63,989 nt of DNA, filler included, from Circinaria calcarea (GCA_051942165.1; 4 parts of 4 records of this genome joined end to end with filler, not necessarily neighbours in it); one strand, 5' to 3'; positions 1 through 12,944 are shown, counted from the first letter of the whole stretch. Numbers and translations are program-made. Notes: generated by a model from the sequence alone, not told the origin.

Positions 1-1
1 T

Positions 2-109
2 TCTTGGTGGGTGGGGAGGAAGGAATACGCGGAGTTGAAGTCGGAGTTAATCGAGTTGGCTCTGTATATTGGGGACTTGAGACAGGAGGGGGGGTGAGGA
101 GGATGGTTG
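2..109 (+). CDS. Possible 3' end of a gene entering from outside the window
   Basis: Frame 2 is open: SWWVGRKEYAELKSELIELALYIGDLRQEGGEEDG*. It looks protein-like but is too short to identify. Confidence 0.25.
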
Positions 110-1082
110 AGAGTGGTGGAGTTGGTATTGGGGCATGGAAAGGGCGGGGAATGGGTGTAAGGTGAAGGTGGTAGGAACGGTATGCTATTAATCTAGATCT
201 GTGGTATTAACGGAGTTATGGAAAAAGTTCTAATAAGCTGCTCAGAGCCTTCTTGTGGTGTTTCATGCTACTGCTGTTTTGATACCGGCGGGCCCGTGAA
301 CAGAATCGATATGACAAGTGTTCCACTAATACTGCTGCGAGAATCCATCTCTATGCTAGAAATCATAAGAGTATTGGAGGAAGGAAACGAGGTCCGTAAT
401 GACAGGAACTAGGAGCATGATACTGCGTGCCGTCCCCCCTTTTTTGAAGTAGGAGCGTCTTCTCCGGCCGATAGTCTTGCTCAATGGTATGAAGATCTGA
501 TGTGCGCCGAGCGGCGGGAAAGATTGCGGATTGGGAGTTTTGAGTAGAATTGTAAATCGTCGGATCGAGGGATAGAATGATGCTAGCGTTTGCGATGCTG
601 CTCTCCGGCGTCCTTCATGTAGTGATTGGACTGGTTGGTAAGCCAGAACATGGCTGTGGATAGTGCACAATTTCCCCGAGCCGAGATAATGGCCGAGGAT
701 GGGCGCTTGGCGTATGAAGCTATCAAAAGCGATGATAGGTATATATATCATCTGGAAGGATGGGCTCCAAGACATGGGAAGGTCGGGGAACATGCCGTGA
801 TGGAGGCAAGGATTAAGTGAGGGAGAGGAGCTTCCAGGTGCTATCCTTTTCTTCTCCCTTGTCCATCACCAGAAAAAGGGAACTTTCCTTGGAAGAACCT
901 GTATAGGGCAGTGAAATACAATATGAAAGAGATCGTCTTGTATGCTCGCTCTGATCTTGCTAAAGAAGTACTGAAGGTCGTCTCGCAGCCAAATGAGTAG
1001 GAAAGCACCACATCTGTCGACAGTTATCTGGATTTCTATGTAGTTGCAGTAAATGATAGACTGAGCCTCAAATCTGGACTGA

Positions 1083-4000
1083 TCACTGATGTCGAAGAGG
1101 GGGCCAGGTTGTGTAAAAGTACACTTTCCGTTCTTTACCAAACAAAGGTCTATGAAAAGATTTAGTGCCACGAATAACCTCAATTACCGAACCAGCCTTA
1201 GTCTTCTCGGCAATGATACTGAGGCCTTTGATAAGATCAAGGGTAAGCCCGTGGCTAGCAAGGTGAAGAGCTTCAGCAATCGTTTTTGACCCCAAATCCA
1301 AAGTCAGAGGGGCGAGTATCTTGATTACATCTTCATGCCCCATTCTTATGGCCCAGTCCAAAGGCGTCCCTTGATTGCCTGTTGCTTTAGGATTCGCCCC
1401 TGCCCTCAGCAGTAACTTTACCGCCTCGATTTTACCAGACTCAGCTGGCCACTGTAATGGAGTGTCTCCGTCTCCATCTTCTGCTTCAACATCGGCTCCA
1501 TGCTTTAGGACGAGCTCCATTAGTTCTATTGAGCCATAACCAGATATCCAGTGCAGTACGATGCTATGTTTACTTCTTGCATTCACTTCAGCTCCATGCT
1601 CCAGTAGCAGTTTTGTTATAGAGATATCTCGATTAAGTCCCAGAAAAATTGGAGTTTCCTGGCTGGAATTTCTTGCATTGATTTCAGCTCCGTGCTCCAA
1701 TAGCCACTTTACCATGGAGATTTCTCCTGTTCTAACTGCCGTGAGAATTGGAGTTTCCTGGTCGCTATCTCCTATATTGATTTCAGCTCCATGCTCCAAT
1801 AGCCATTTTACTATGGAGATTTCTCCTGTTCTAACTGCCGTGAAAATTGGAGTTTCCTGATAGCTATCTCTTGCATTGATTTCAGCTCCGTGCTGCAGTA
1901 GCAACTTTACCATAGAGATTTTTCCTTTTTTAACTGCCTTGAATAATGGAGTTTCCTGGTCGCTGCTTCTTGCATTGATCTCAGCTCCATGCTCCAATAG
2001 CCACTTTACCATGGGAATATCTTCCATTTCAACTGCCCGGAATAATGGAGTGTCCTCTAGACTATTTTGTGCATTGACCTCAGCTCCATGCTCCAGTAGC
2101 AGTTTTGTTATAGAGATGTCTCGATTAAGTCCCAGAAAAATTGGAGTTTCCTGGCGGGAATTTCTTGCATTGATTTCAGCTCCGTGCTCCAATAGCAACT
2201 TTACCATAGAGATTTCTCCCCATTTAACTGCCCAAAATATTAAAGTTTCCTGCTCTTTATTTCTTGCATGGATTTCAGCTCCATGCTCCAGTAGCAACTT
2301 TACTATGGAGATATTTCCATTTCTAACCGGCCAGAATATTGGAGTTTCCTGGCGGGAATTTCTTGCATTGATTTCAGCTCCGTGCTCCAATAGCAACTTT
2401 ACCATAGAGATTTCTCCCCATTTAACTGCCCAAAATATTAAAGTTTCCTGCTTTTTATCTCTTATATGGATTTCAGCTCCATGCTCCAGTAGTAACTTTA
2501 CTATGGAGATATTTCCATTTCTAACCGGCCAGAATATTGGAGTTTCCTGGTACCTATTTCTTGCATTAATTTTAGCTCCGTGCTCCAATAGCAATTTTAC
2601 CATGGGAATATCTTCCATTTCAGCTGCCCGGAATAATGGAGTGTCCTCTAGATTATTCTGTGCATTGACCTCAGCTCCATGCTCCAGTAGCAGCAAAGCA
2701 ATTGTAATGTTCTCTGCTTCCGCAGCGAGATGTAACGGTGTGCTTCCAAAACTATCTTGGGCTGCCGTCTCAGCTCCGTGGTCTATTAATAGTTGCGCAG
2801 TCGACTCCTGACCGTAAACAGAAGCTACATGCAGCGGTGTTCGGGCCTTGGAATCCTTTGCCTCAAGGTCAACCTTGTCCGATATCAATAGCATTGCAAT
2901 TTTCGTCAACCCGAAAAACGCAGCAATACACAATGGAGGAGCTAAACGAATGCTCCAGTTGGCTGACCAATATGGATAGGCTGGATAGGCTGGATAGGCA
3001 GCAATTACAAAATTCGGAGCTAGAAACTCCAGTATCTGAGTTCGGATCGAATGTTCCGGCTCACCAAACGCATGAAATCCCCAATTACAAGCGACGTACT
3101 CAAGGAGTGGGTTGCCCACTTTTAGCTGATTTCCCTCATCGTCACTCGTGGAGCCACTGGTTCTAAATATATCATATGAGAGATATGTAAGGCATGTGAG
3201 TGTAATATCGCTCTGCGCATTCGGGAGTAATGTCTCACGATTGCGCTCGAACCATTCTTGGGTTGTGTAATGGACGAGTCTAATTATGTTGCTTTCCTGG
3301 TCAATCGTTACCAGTCCTGCGCATACCGAGACTAGGATCTCTTCATCAACCAGCTCGTCTTCGTCTAATACCTTCGTATCTAACTCAACAGCTGTTGCGT
3401 GTTGAATTTCGAGAACAGTCATCGGTCGTCGTGCATATGATATCCAGGATAGGACCTTCTTTGCCAGAAGAGCATCATCCTCTTCTTGGAGCAAAACCCG
3501 CTCCATTGCTTCTTCATATGTTTGATCCAGTCTTTGAGGTAGACTCTCTAAAGCAGTACGAACCGCTTTACGAGTCTGTTTCTTCGAGAGGGATTCTATG
3601 TGCAGCTGAGCCAGGAGGAACCTAGAGAGAATATTAGTATCTCTTGCGGAGGCGACGGTACGTTGGGTTGAAGTGATGGTAAATCAATGGACGAATACCA
3701 TCAACTTGGGGGTGTTCTACATACATTCCTTGGGCTTTGTCAGCTACACTATTTATAACGAGATCCCGTAGTGCTAGGTCTGCTCGGATATGCTTCTTCA
3801 ACCGATCCTCTCTTTCAATCCGGTCATCGAGGTATAACCTTACATCTTTGTCACTAGCTCGAATCTCCAAGCGCTGCGGCTCGTTCAGTCCAGCTTGAAC
3901 ACTGGGTACATGTCGCGATGTCACAAGCAAATGAGTATTTGGGGGAAGCGCTCGCAGCTCAGACATAAGCTGACTCCGAGTTCCGTCCTGTTCATCGGTC

Positions 4001-5459
4001 TCATCTAGCGCATCAACGACGACGAATGCCCTGGAAAATTTAGAGAGTTCTGAATGGAGTAACGAAGCGGACTCGATCAGAGAGAGCTTTGTATTCTTTT
4101 CTCGATGCTGTTCGTAAAGGGTCTTCACTGCAGCAGGAACTGAAGACCGCTTTGCGATCACTTGCTGTAACAGAGTACCTATGAGATCTACGGTAGATTG
4201 GTTCTCCTTATAATTGCAGTATATGAAGCTCAGACTAACATTCTCTACCTCAAACCTGCGATAGAGAAAATCAACAACCGTGGAGCTATCATTAATTAGT
4301 TACGAACTTCGAGAGTGTTTTCAGCGAGATAGATACATACACAAGTACAGTCTTGCCAGCACCCGCTAGTACTAATCAGTAACACGATCAAAATCTTATG
4401 CGCAGGTGGAAGAGCATACGCAAGCCAGGACACCATAAAGTCCTATTACTTCCATTTAGCCAAGCCTGGAAGATCGGGTCATCGAACAGCCACTGACACG
4501 TGCCTTCTTGTTTCCTCGACAGGGTATCTTGCTGCTTTGCCCAGGAATTGAGAGGCGATATCCAGTCCAGAATTTCCTGGCTCTCCTTGTTTTGCCATTT
4601 GGTGTCCCATCGTTTCATTGTACTGGATACCTCTGCAACGCTGTTAGATACATTTGAGAGTGACAAGCAAAGCTGAAATATGTCATCTAATTGCTGCGAC
4701 TTTTTTAGCGCTTCTAAAGGATCCGGAGTTATAGCAGTCATAACGCTTTTCAATCCGTTAACCTCCTTAGCAACTTCATCAGCAGACTTAGACAGCAAAT
4801 CACTATGACCACAGTCAGTAACATTGAACATGCTATAAACACACAATGAGGACGTTCGATTGCCAGTAGCTCTGCATAATTGAGCTAGGCTTAGCACAAT
4901 AACCATGATGTGGTTAGGAAGCAACCAAACAATTGCTAGCAGTTTGAAAGGGTATAGGAAGGAATTATAACCAAACTAACATTCCACTTGTGCTCAAGGT
5001 TATTTGGAACATGCCCAGATACCGATGCAAAGCTGTCACAATCTCCACATGTTCCTCATGCTCGAACAACCATTTCCCGCGCTCGAGTAATTGGGCGATA
5101 CCGCGTTTGTTCCCCAGTTTTTCAAGCTTCTCTTTGAGTGCAGTGATCTTGTCACTACATCCTCTTATGGCGTTTACCAGGACAGAGGCCTCCCTGAAGC
5201 TATGCCCTTTTGCAGCCTGCTCTTTGAGAAAGGATTCGACGCTAGCGAGGACATCACTTAATGACTTGATCTCGCCCAATAACTCGTGGGCGTCTTTCGG
5301 AGCATTCTTGAAAGTATGTATCTGTTTGTAAAGGATCTCGCTTACTTGCTAAACATGGTCCTCATTAAGACCTGCTTTCAACGTTGGTCATGCTTGACTT
5401 ACTATGGTGAGGCTCAGTACGCCAGCTACGCTTGTAGCTGCTGTGAGCGGATCGAGCAT
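1083..5459 (-). CDS. Fungal NLR: HeLo-like (fungal STAND N) N-terminal domain + NACHT + winged-helix + ~17 ankyrin repeats; multi-exon
   Basis: Exon 1 is MLDPLTAATSVAGVLSLTI (ATG at 5459, gtaagt donor), followed by QVSEILYKQIHTFKNAPKDAHELLGEIKSL, a HeLo-like N signature. NACHT motifs: ILDWISP...QQDTLSRKQEGTCQWLF, an intron-split Walker A region (LWCPGL|GAGKT), FIYCNYKE, Walker B VVVDALDE, and VTSR. Then GMFLLAQLHI, CAGLVTID...IRLVHYTTQE and TPLH/LLLEHGA ankyrin repeats in ORF 1083..3506. Confidence 0.93.
1570..2700 (-). repeat. Internally conserved ~99-bp ankyrin-coding tandem repeat array
   Basis: The block ttcagctcc[a/g]tgctcca recurs at ~99-bp spacing, and 2141-2338 and 2339-2536 are near-identical 198-bp units. 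Confidence 0.92.
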
Positions 5460-6424
5460 GGCAGCTAAACCTTGTTCAAATAGAACACGGGTATTGACAG
5501 CAATAGAAGAATCCTAGGCCTTTGGTCCACGGCAACTATCCAGATTGTGGGATCTGCCTTGGGGAATGTCGATGATGACCATGCTCTGTAGGCGAGTGGC
5601 AGTTTAGAGCTGCCATGCAACTAAAATGTGTAAAGATATTACTGCGCTCATGTCCAGCAAAACACAGTAGCTTCAAAGGAAGAAGGTATTGCAGTTTCCC
5701 GCAGAGTGGGAGTTTGTGGTTGTCGAAGAAGGTGCCTGCGCCTCGAATAGCGCTTCAGCCGTGCTGGACGCCCTCTCGTGCCATTGGTTGTTAGGTTCTG
5801 CTCCGAGTCGGTATCCGAGTACATAACGCCGGTATACCATAAAGATCAACTACATGTATTATCTAAATCACGAATAGATAGATATTTCAGAACGTCGCAT
5901 ATCGACAAACTTGACATCCCGACAATAACCTCCATAACTCCCGTGGCCTCCGAGCCCTCTACCCGTTCTAATCCGCCTTCTACCGGCATACAAATCTGGT
6001 CCTTTAATCAACAACCCCAAATTAAAGGACCAGGTAACCAACCCCCGTCAGGAATAATACCAAGAACGCAAGAGACGCTATTACTTTTCAGTCTATTGAA
6101 CATTTACTCCCTTGGACATGTTCACAGAGTCAGGTGTGAAGAGGCACAGGATGTTGGGGGTCCGAGTTTGGGGAGACGTGGTAGGGGTGGTATAGCATGG
6201 AAAGGGAAGGAAGAGGGTGGCTGAGTGGGCATGGGGTAAAGGGCGGGGGTTTGAGCTGCAGCTCTGGGATTACATGGTGCGGAACGCATATGAATGCAAG
6301 TCGTGTCCATGCACAGCTGTCTACAGGTTGAAGAGCGGGAAAAACTGGGCAGGCAGGACCACTGCAAAAATGACTAGTGCAATTGTGTTTCTAGACTAGT
6401 CAAAGGCCCCAAACCTGTCCTGCA

Positions 6425-8731
6425 TCACATAACCATCTCCTCAGCTTCGACTCCCTCAATCACGACACCCGTGCTCTTCTCGGCACAGATTTTCTTGGCC
6501 TTCTCCAGTCTCTCGATCTGAGCCTTCAGCGCCTGACGGTAGGTGGAGCTGGTCTCATCTTCCCCTGCAATAGCAGCAAGATCTTCGGAATTCAATCGGC
6601 CCACGTAAAGAGCGTTGAAGATTGACACTGGGCCTTTTGTGCCGCAGAGGTTGCGTTCGATGACTTGAATGCTGACGTTGTCCACAAATCGGTTTAGGGC
6701 TACTTGATAGTATGCCTTTAGCATGTCGTGAATCTCGTACACAGTGGCAGTATCGGGATCGAGGTGGACTAATCTCATTGTCTCAATGTCAATCCTTTGA
6801 GTTGGCTGTCCATTCCTGAATCCTAGCTTCGTTAAGGTTTCACCGAGGCGTCTATGCCGAGCGGTTGAGAGGTTGTCGGTAAATTGAAGGTTGTTGGTAA
6901 ACAACGGTTTGTCACACTCATCAATGAGAATATCGTCGAGTGCCTTATAAGCAGAGGCGAAGGAACTTTCTGTTTCTTCTTCTATCTTGTTGCGAATCTT
7001 GTCGCGGATGTGTGGATCAGGGCAAACTTTCTCGAAGAGGGCGCTATTAAATTCTCTGATTAAGCGTATAATCGTTGCTATGTAGTCCATAGCAATGACT
7101 CTCCATTTGGAAGTCTGAATGCCAAATAGCTTCTGCAAGCCGGCTGGAGAAATTTGACCTAAATAAGGTTAGCATGCAGTTTTACCTACCTGCTACTGGA
7201 AAGCCTCCACAAACCTGGTAGTTCCACACCTCTGCATTCACGCCACTTATCTGCGATCTCCTTGTATATATCTTGGGGCACAAGGGCCGCACTCACAGAG
7301 GAACAGGGCCGTGACGTGCCATAGTCAGCTTCATTAAAGGTCAAAGTCGCCCCGCGTTGATGCATAGCCGTGTTGAATTTATCGGCCTCATTACGAATGT
7401 GCATCCGTAAATTCGATGGATGCATCCCGCTTGCCCAATACCTACCGTCAAGCGCATCTTTCACTCTTTTCTCATATGCGTTCGATACACCAATGAGAAA
7501 TTCACGCTGGTCCTGGCTGAACTCACGAGCCTTGCCCATTGCTTGAAGCTCATCTGAGCAAGTCTGATACTTTAGATCAATCTCCTTTTCAATCTTAGGG
7601 AATTCTCGATCAATGTGCTCCAACAGAAGCTTTGCAAGGGCTTTCAATAGACTATTGATGCCAACCAGGCGTTTGTCGAGGTCCCTCCAAACAGGACGTG
7701 TAAAGAACTCTTCCTCATTAATCTCTCTTTGCTCAACCGTGACGCCATTGTTGATATCTTCTGTAGAGCGATTACGAACGCAGTACCAGCCAAGTTTAAG
7801 ACGCTCCGTCTCGTTGCATGCAATTTGAAACGCCTAATGAACGTAAGTTCATGAACGGGGCCTGTAGTCATTCGAGACACTTACGGCCTGCTCATCTCCT
7901 GCTTGCAAAGCATCGAGCTTGGTCATCACCCCTATTGTACGAGTTTGCTCTGGGTCATGTATCTTTGCTATGCGGAAGACCTCTTGGTTGGCTAAATTAT
8001 TCCTCGAATCCAGCACCGCCATGATGATGGTTCTCTCGTCTCTTACGTAACTTTCAATCAGAGCACGGACTCTCGTCAAGTCAGAGGCTGTTTGCTCTTT
8101 GGTTGGATTATGGTATAGACCTGGCACATCCACAACACTCAATTGCTGCTGCTCTGGTCCTACAATCTCGATCTTGAGCACATCGCTGGAAAACCTCTTG
8201 GTAGCGTGCTCAATGTTATCGCCCGGCCCTGGTAAACCCATGAGTGCAGCAGCTCTTTTAAGTATATCGCTGAAGGTTTCTGCGGTAAGGTCCGTGAGCT
8301 TGCGACTGAAAGATGCGAGCTTCTGTTTGTAAGGCTCTAAAGCATCTTTAGCCGGGATAATGGTGATAGTAATGGTCTTCTTTCTGGGGGCTGTTGCCAA
8401 TCGGCGGAATGAGACCTTTGTCGCAAACCTTGTGCATAGCTGGCTTGCCACTGGGAACGGCAGGCCTGTCAAGCCTTCCAGCAAAGAGCTTTTTCCGGAA
8501 CTCTGATCACCAACCACAACAAGCTGTACAACCGTTTCCGTTAACTCGCCAGTATTGACCGGCAGAAGTAAGAGAACTCACCTGTGGTAAGGATATGTCA
8601 TCCCCAACACCCAGTTCACGGAGCTTATCGATGATTTCCAACTGCTGAATTCTGTCCTCGTCCAGGAAGTCATCTTGCTGGGTGTTCAAGTCAATTTGCT
8701 GATAGTTAGGAGCGAAAACCGCCGTATTCAT
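6425..8731 (-). CDS. Dynamin-superfamily GTPase, Mx-like fungal type (GTPase, middle domain, GED); 4 exons
   Basis: IIDKLRELGVGDDISLPQ|LVVVGDQSSGKSSLLEGLTGLPFP (G1), LCTRFAT (G2), VVDVPG (G3), MTKLD (G4), LGWYCVRNRS, RGVELPG, and a GED with AYYQVALNRFVDNVSIQVIER. GT-AG introns join the ORFs in frame. Confidence 0.92.
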
Positions 8732-9693
8732 TTTGCTGATGGCGTCGATGCTGAATATCCTTGCGTTGTTTGAAGGGAGGATGGAGTAAGATAGGGAGAG
8801 AATAGTGTAAGCATAAACGGGAGACCGGACAAGACCTTTTGTATAAGGAAATAACGAATTTTCTGTATGCTTCTAGAGCCTTGCTTCGGATTCGTGCATA
8901 GATCATAGCTTCTGTTCTACGCAGAAGGACAAAGACTACTTTGTGTCTGAAGCGCTACTGCTTGCGCTGCCTACCGAGACAAAAAACTGCGGCATAGGCT
9001 TTTAAGCGAAGGTTTTCATTTAGGAGGATTTCGCACTGTGGAAATTAGCTTGTCGACAACAACATTATCATGACTTTTCGACACGGGACTGAAAAGCTTC
9101 CTTAGGCAGCGGTAGAATTCTAGTATATTCATCGGCATTCTGTACAATTTTCGGTATATAACAAGGGCTTGTGGCCGGAAAGCTGCCTCGGTATACATAA
9201 GATATTTTGATGTTTGCAAGCCCTTTCATATAGGTACCATACACTGGTCTCCGTAGCACCTTGCCGTGCATTGATATCGGAATACATTCTTTCCGTAGGC
9301 ATGGCAACTGCAGGACATGTGCAGCTTACTGATATGTAGTAGGAAGGCAGCTTGAAACTATAGGAAGCCTAAGGATTCCGCCTAGATAATCCTTTTCAAG
9401 TTGTTAAGCAGGGTAGTGTATACGGAAGAGTTTTTCGGCAATCCAGCAAGTGCCTAAGACCAAAAGAACTGCAAGGACCCCTTCCAAGCCGGAGTATGAT
9501 AAGAGGTATGCCAGACACAGGTTCTATGTGGAACTCAGCAGCCACCACGATTGCGCACGACTACCTTTCCTTGCCGGATAGTGTCTCGAAATAACGCTAG
9601 CAATGACATTCAGAGGAGACGTTTTGGTAGATGCCGCGTAAGGAAGATCCATTATATGCTCGAAAAGGAGTAAAATCCTGAGACCTAGGGATG

Positions 9694-10499
9694 TCAATTC
9701 CGTCTCTTATCCTCCTCTATCAATCGCTCCTTGAGCTTCTCGCGCAAAAATGGACTCAAACCAAGACTAGGGCATTACTATATCAGTGGCCCTTTCATCA
9801 CCGGGGTATGATGTCTTCCTTACCAGCCTTCATTCGTAATAATTCTATAGGTTCCTGAATCTTGGTAGTTTCCCGTTCCATCGACGAAATTGCCATCTGC
9901 ATCTACCTCCAAGCTCCCGAAGATATCCTCGGGCCAGGCTATCCGGCCGTAATCCGGGGGATTCCTTTGATCTGAAACGTGGATATGTCCACCACGGCCT
10001 CCTCCACCTGCACCACCCTGACTATTAGCTCCACCAGCACCATCTCCACCTCCGCCACCATATCCTGTCCCTCTCCTTCTCTTTCTTTGTTGTGGAAAGA
10101 ACACTCCGCCAGATCCAAGGTTAGATCCAGCATTTGAAGCTAGGGCCTGAGCTTGTGAGATCACATAAGGGTCTTGATAGGCGTGTTGGGCAAAAACGGA
10201 GTGGAGTATTGAGAGGAACTTGGGGTTCTCCGCAAGGGAATCAGTGGTAGGTGGGAGCTTCGTAGTTGATCCAATGGCAAGGTCTGGGTTTGGTGGTGAC
10301 GTCGGTAATAGAGTTAGTAGATAGCTGTTTATTGAACGCTCGTCGGGAAAAACGTACTGTGTCAAAAGTCAGAACGTTTCATCGGCTTGATCATTGAATG
10401 GCTCACAATGTGTGGATTGCCCTCGAGGGTTGTTATAAACCGGCGCCTCACTATCCGTATTGGGCGTGATGAGACACGAAGAGTGTTCCTTGCAAACAT
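9694..10499 (-). CDS. Conserved fungal hypothetical protein, probably mitochondrial; 3 exons
   Basis: Arg-rich presequence MFARNTLRVSSRPIRIVRRRF, a conserved core HVSDQRNPPDYGRIAWPEDIFGSLEVD...SGTYRIITNEG, and last exon LGLSPFLREKLKERL. Confidence 0.75.
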
Positions 10500-11111
10500 G
10501 ATATGGCGACCGCAGGAAAGCTTTTTATCTATATGCAGAGACGCGATGTGATTTTGGCCAAACGATGATTGACGACTTTGTAGACGAGATCCCGAATACT
10601 TTGTGTTTAGGGCTCCGTAGCGTTGATAAGGGTGCAGGTCTCTTCCTCCCATCCAGGTCATCGCCTCTAAGCAGCGAGCATCCACTTTAGCATCATAATC
10701 AATGCATGTTTCTATAGGCAATATGGACTTCAATCACCGAGGATCTTCTCGTCAGCAGTTTTTAGACCGCGTCAGTATGATTGGCCTCCCTATCGCACAC
10801 AGGGGAGGAATCGATAGGTCCGCTAGCATCAACGATTCCTTGCACAAACTACTCCGTACCCCACCAGCTCACGCCAATGAAATCTCAACAAATTCTGCCA
10901 TCGAAAGAGCCAATTGTGCTGTCGCGAAGCTCCGCGGCGCTTTAGGATTCCCCACATCCAGCTATTTGATGCTGTCAGACACTTTCGAGTTCTACAATCT
11001 CCACTACTCAACCTAGAAGACGGAGACTGGGCTTCTCTTCCTTTGGTGGTTTCTTTTTGGTTGGCCCTCTCCAAGTGGCTGGAACAGCTGGTCTCCTAAC
11101 GGACATAGTCA

Positions 11112-12944
11112 ATGTCGACCATGAACAAGGAGGTTGCAATTGAAGAGCTTCCCACCCAAAGTCGCGCGTATGAGGGAAAATACAATGGGACATCCGAGGA
11201 AAAAGAGTTGGAGATGGGAGGGGTAGACATTGCGAGGATAGAGCGGGTGTACCAGTAAGTTCACGGAGCGCACTCGTATAGAGTACACACTGATTCATTT
11301 GCCTTTAGGAAGCTGGATTACCGCATCCTACCCGGTATGAAGGGCTTATAAAAGGAGAGGGATAAGGTGCTAAGGCATGGTAGCATTTTGGGTTCTCTAC
11401 TTTATATGCTCCGCTATACGTTCCAACGTCGGCCTTTCCCAGACGATGAATCAGAAGCAGGGACATGATCTGGCTCAAGTACTTCATCTTAGCCCGAAGC
11501 AAATCTCCACCGGATTAGCACTCTTCTATGTTTGCTACGTTCTGTTTGACCTACCGTCGAACCTCGTTATGACGAGGTTAAGTCCGCGAATCTGGATGAG
11601 CAGAATTGTTATTGGAGTCGGTATAATCGGGAGCTGTATGGCGGCGATGAGAGCTGCTTGGAGTTTCTAGTACGGGATTGCTTAATGTAAGCACTATTAA
11701 TGCTAACTGATGCTTAGCTTACTTCGTCTTCTCTTGGGTATTATAATTGCTGGTATGTGGCCAGGTATGGCTTATTATCTTACATTATTCTACCCACCCT
11801 CTCGTACCGGCAAGAGGATCGGTCGCTATTTTACCGCAGCTCAAGTCTCCGCTGCTGTTGTCGGATTAGTGTCCGCCGGCTTCCAGAAGATGGATGGGTT
11901 AGGGGGACTTGTTGGGTTTCAGTGGATGTTCCTATTATACGGGCTTGTAGGTATTATCATTGGCGTGAGCCTTCTATGGTGGCTACCTGACCGTCCCCTA
12001 CCGCCAGGGGAGGTACGCAATCGAAGTCGCTTGGTAAAATGGCTCCCCCAAACCAAACCCGCATTGACCGGAGAAGATGCTCAAATACATTATGAAGACC
12101 TTACCAGAGTTTATCACCGCCGTACTTGGACATTCAAAGATCTTTTGCACGTGGTCGTCGACTGGCGGGTGTGGCCTCTAGTATTGATGTATTTTGGGGT
12201 AGTTGGCGTGGGCATAGGTGTTCAGAACTATGGAACCGTCATAATTTATGGGGCTAACCCTAGTCTTACTGGGGTACAACTGTCTCTACTATTTGCACCA
12301 ATCTGGGTTGTAAGGAAGCCCTTTCCTCTTTGCACTGATAATTACACTTACATATTCATTAGATGGACCTCATCGCCATCCTTCTCGTGACCCCACTTTC
12401 CGACCGCTTTCATCATCACCGCGCCCTCTTTTTCAGTGTCCCTGTCTGCATCCAAATTGCCGGCCTCCTCATCACCACCTACGCTGGCTCTCAGACCAAT
12501 CCTTGGCCTCGCTACGGTGGACTTCTGATGATCGGATTTGGTCTTGGTCCTACGGTGCCCATAACCATGACATGGACGAATGAAATATTTCAACACCGCC
12601 ACGGTGAAGTCGGCGTCGCTGCCGCTTCGGCACTTGTTTCCGGATTAGGAAACCTAGGCAGTATTTTGACGACATATGCCCTGTATACGGGGTGGCCGGC
12701 CGATAGTAAAAGGGGACCCAAGCAATACCGCATGAGTAATCTGGTCATGGTGGGGATTCTGTGCATGTCAATCCTGAGCGCAGTGGCGATGACGGTGTTG
12801 TTGAGGGTTGTGGGAAATGGGCCGAAAGCGAAGCAGATTAGTAGTGGTAGCTCGACCAGTGAAGGAGAAGGGGTGATTATTGACGGCGCAGCGAGGAGGG
12901 AAGTCCATGAGAGGGGATTGGGCAGGATGTGGTGGCGGAAATGA
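11112..12944 (+). CDS. MFS transporter, Dal5/allantoate (anion:cation symporter) family
   Basis: ATG at 11112, then ERVY|KLDYRILP|AFWVLYF, IRSNVG, FDLPSNL, WMSRI, YYLTLFYP, GFQWMFL and WLPDRP, with many hydrophobic helices and canonical introns. Confidence 0.9.

Noticed and set aside
1570..2700. Regularly spaced repeats resembling a CRISPR array
   Set aside because: These are 99-bp coding ankyrin units in a eukaryotic gene, with no unique spacers or cas genes.
1561..2811. Long plus-strand ORFs with repeated ISAPCS motifs
   Set aside because: Antisense shadows of the ankyrin repeat array.
4965..5459. Amyloid signalling motif at the NLR N-terminus
   Set aside because: The N-terminus is a full helical HeLo-like domain. 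I see no short N/Q/G-rich motif here or at the dynamin C-terminus.
5778..6399. Small plus-strand ORFs between the NLR and the dynamin
   Set aside because: Non-ATG starts and no recognisable motifs, so they cannot be supported as genes without expression data.
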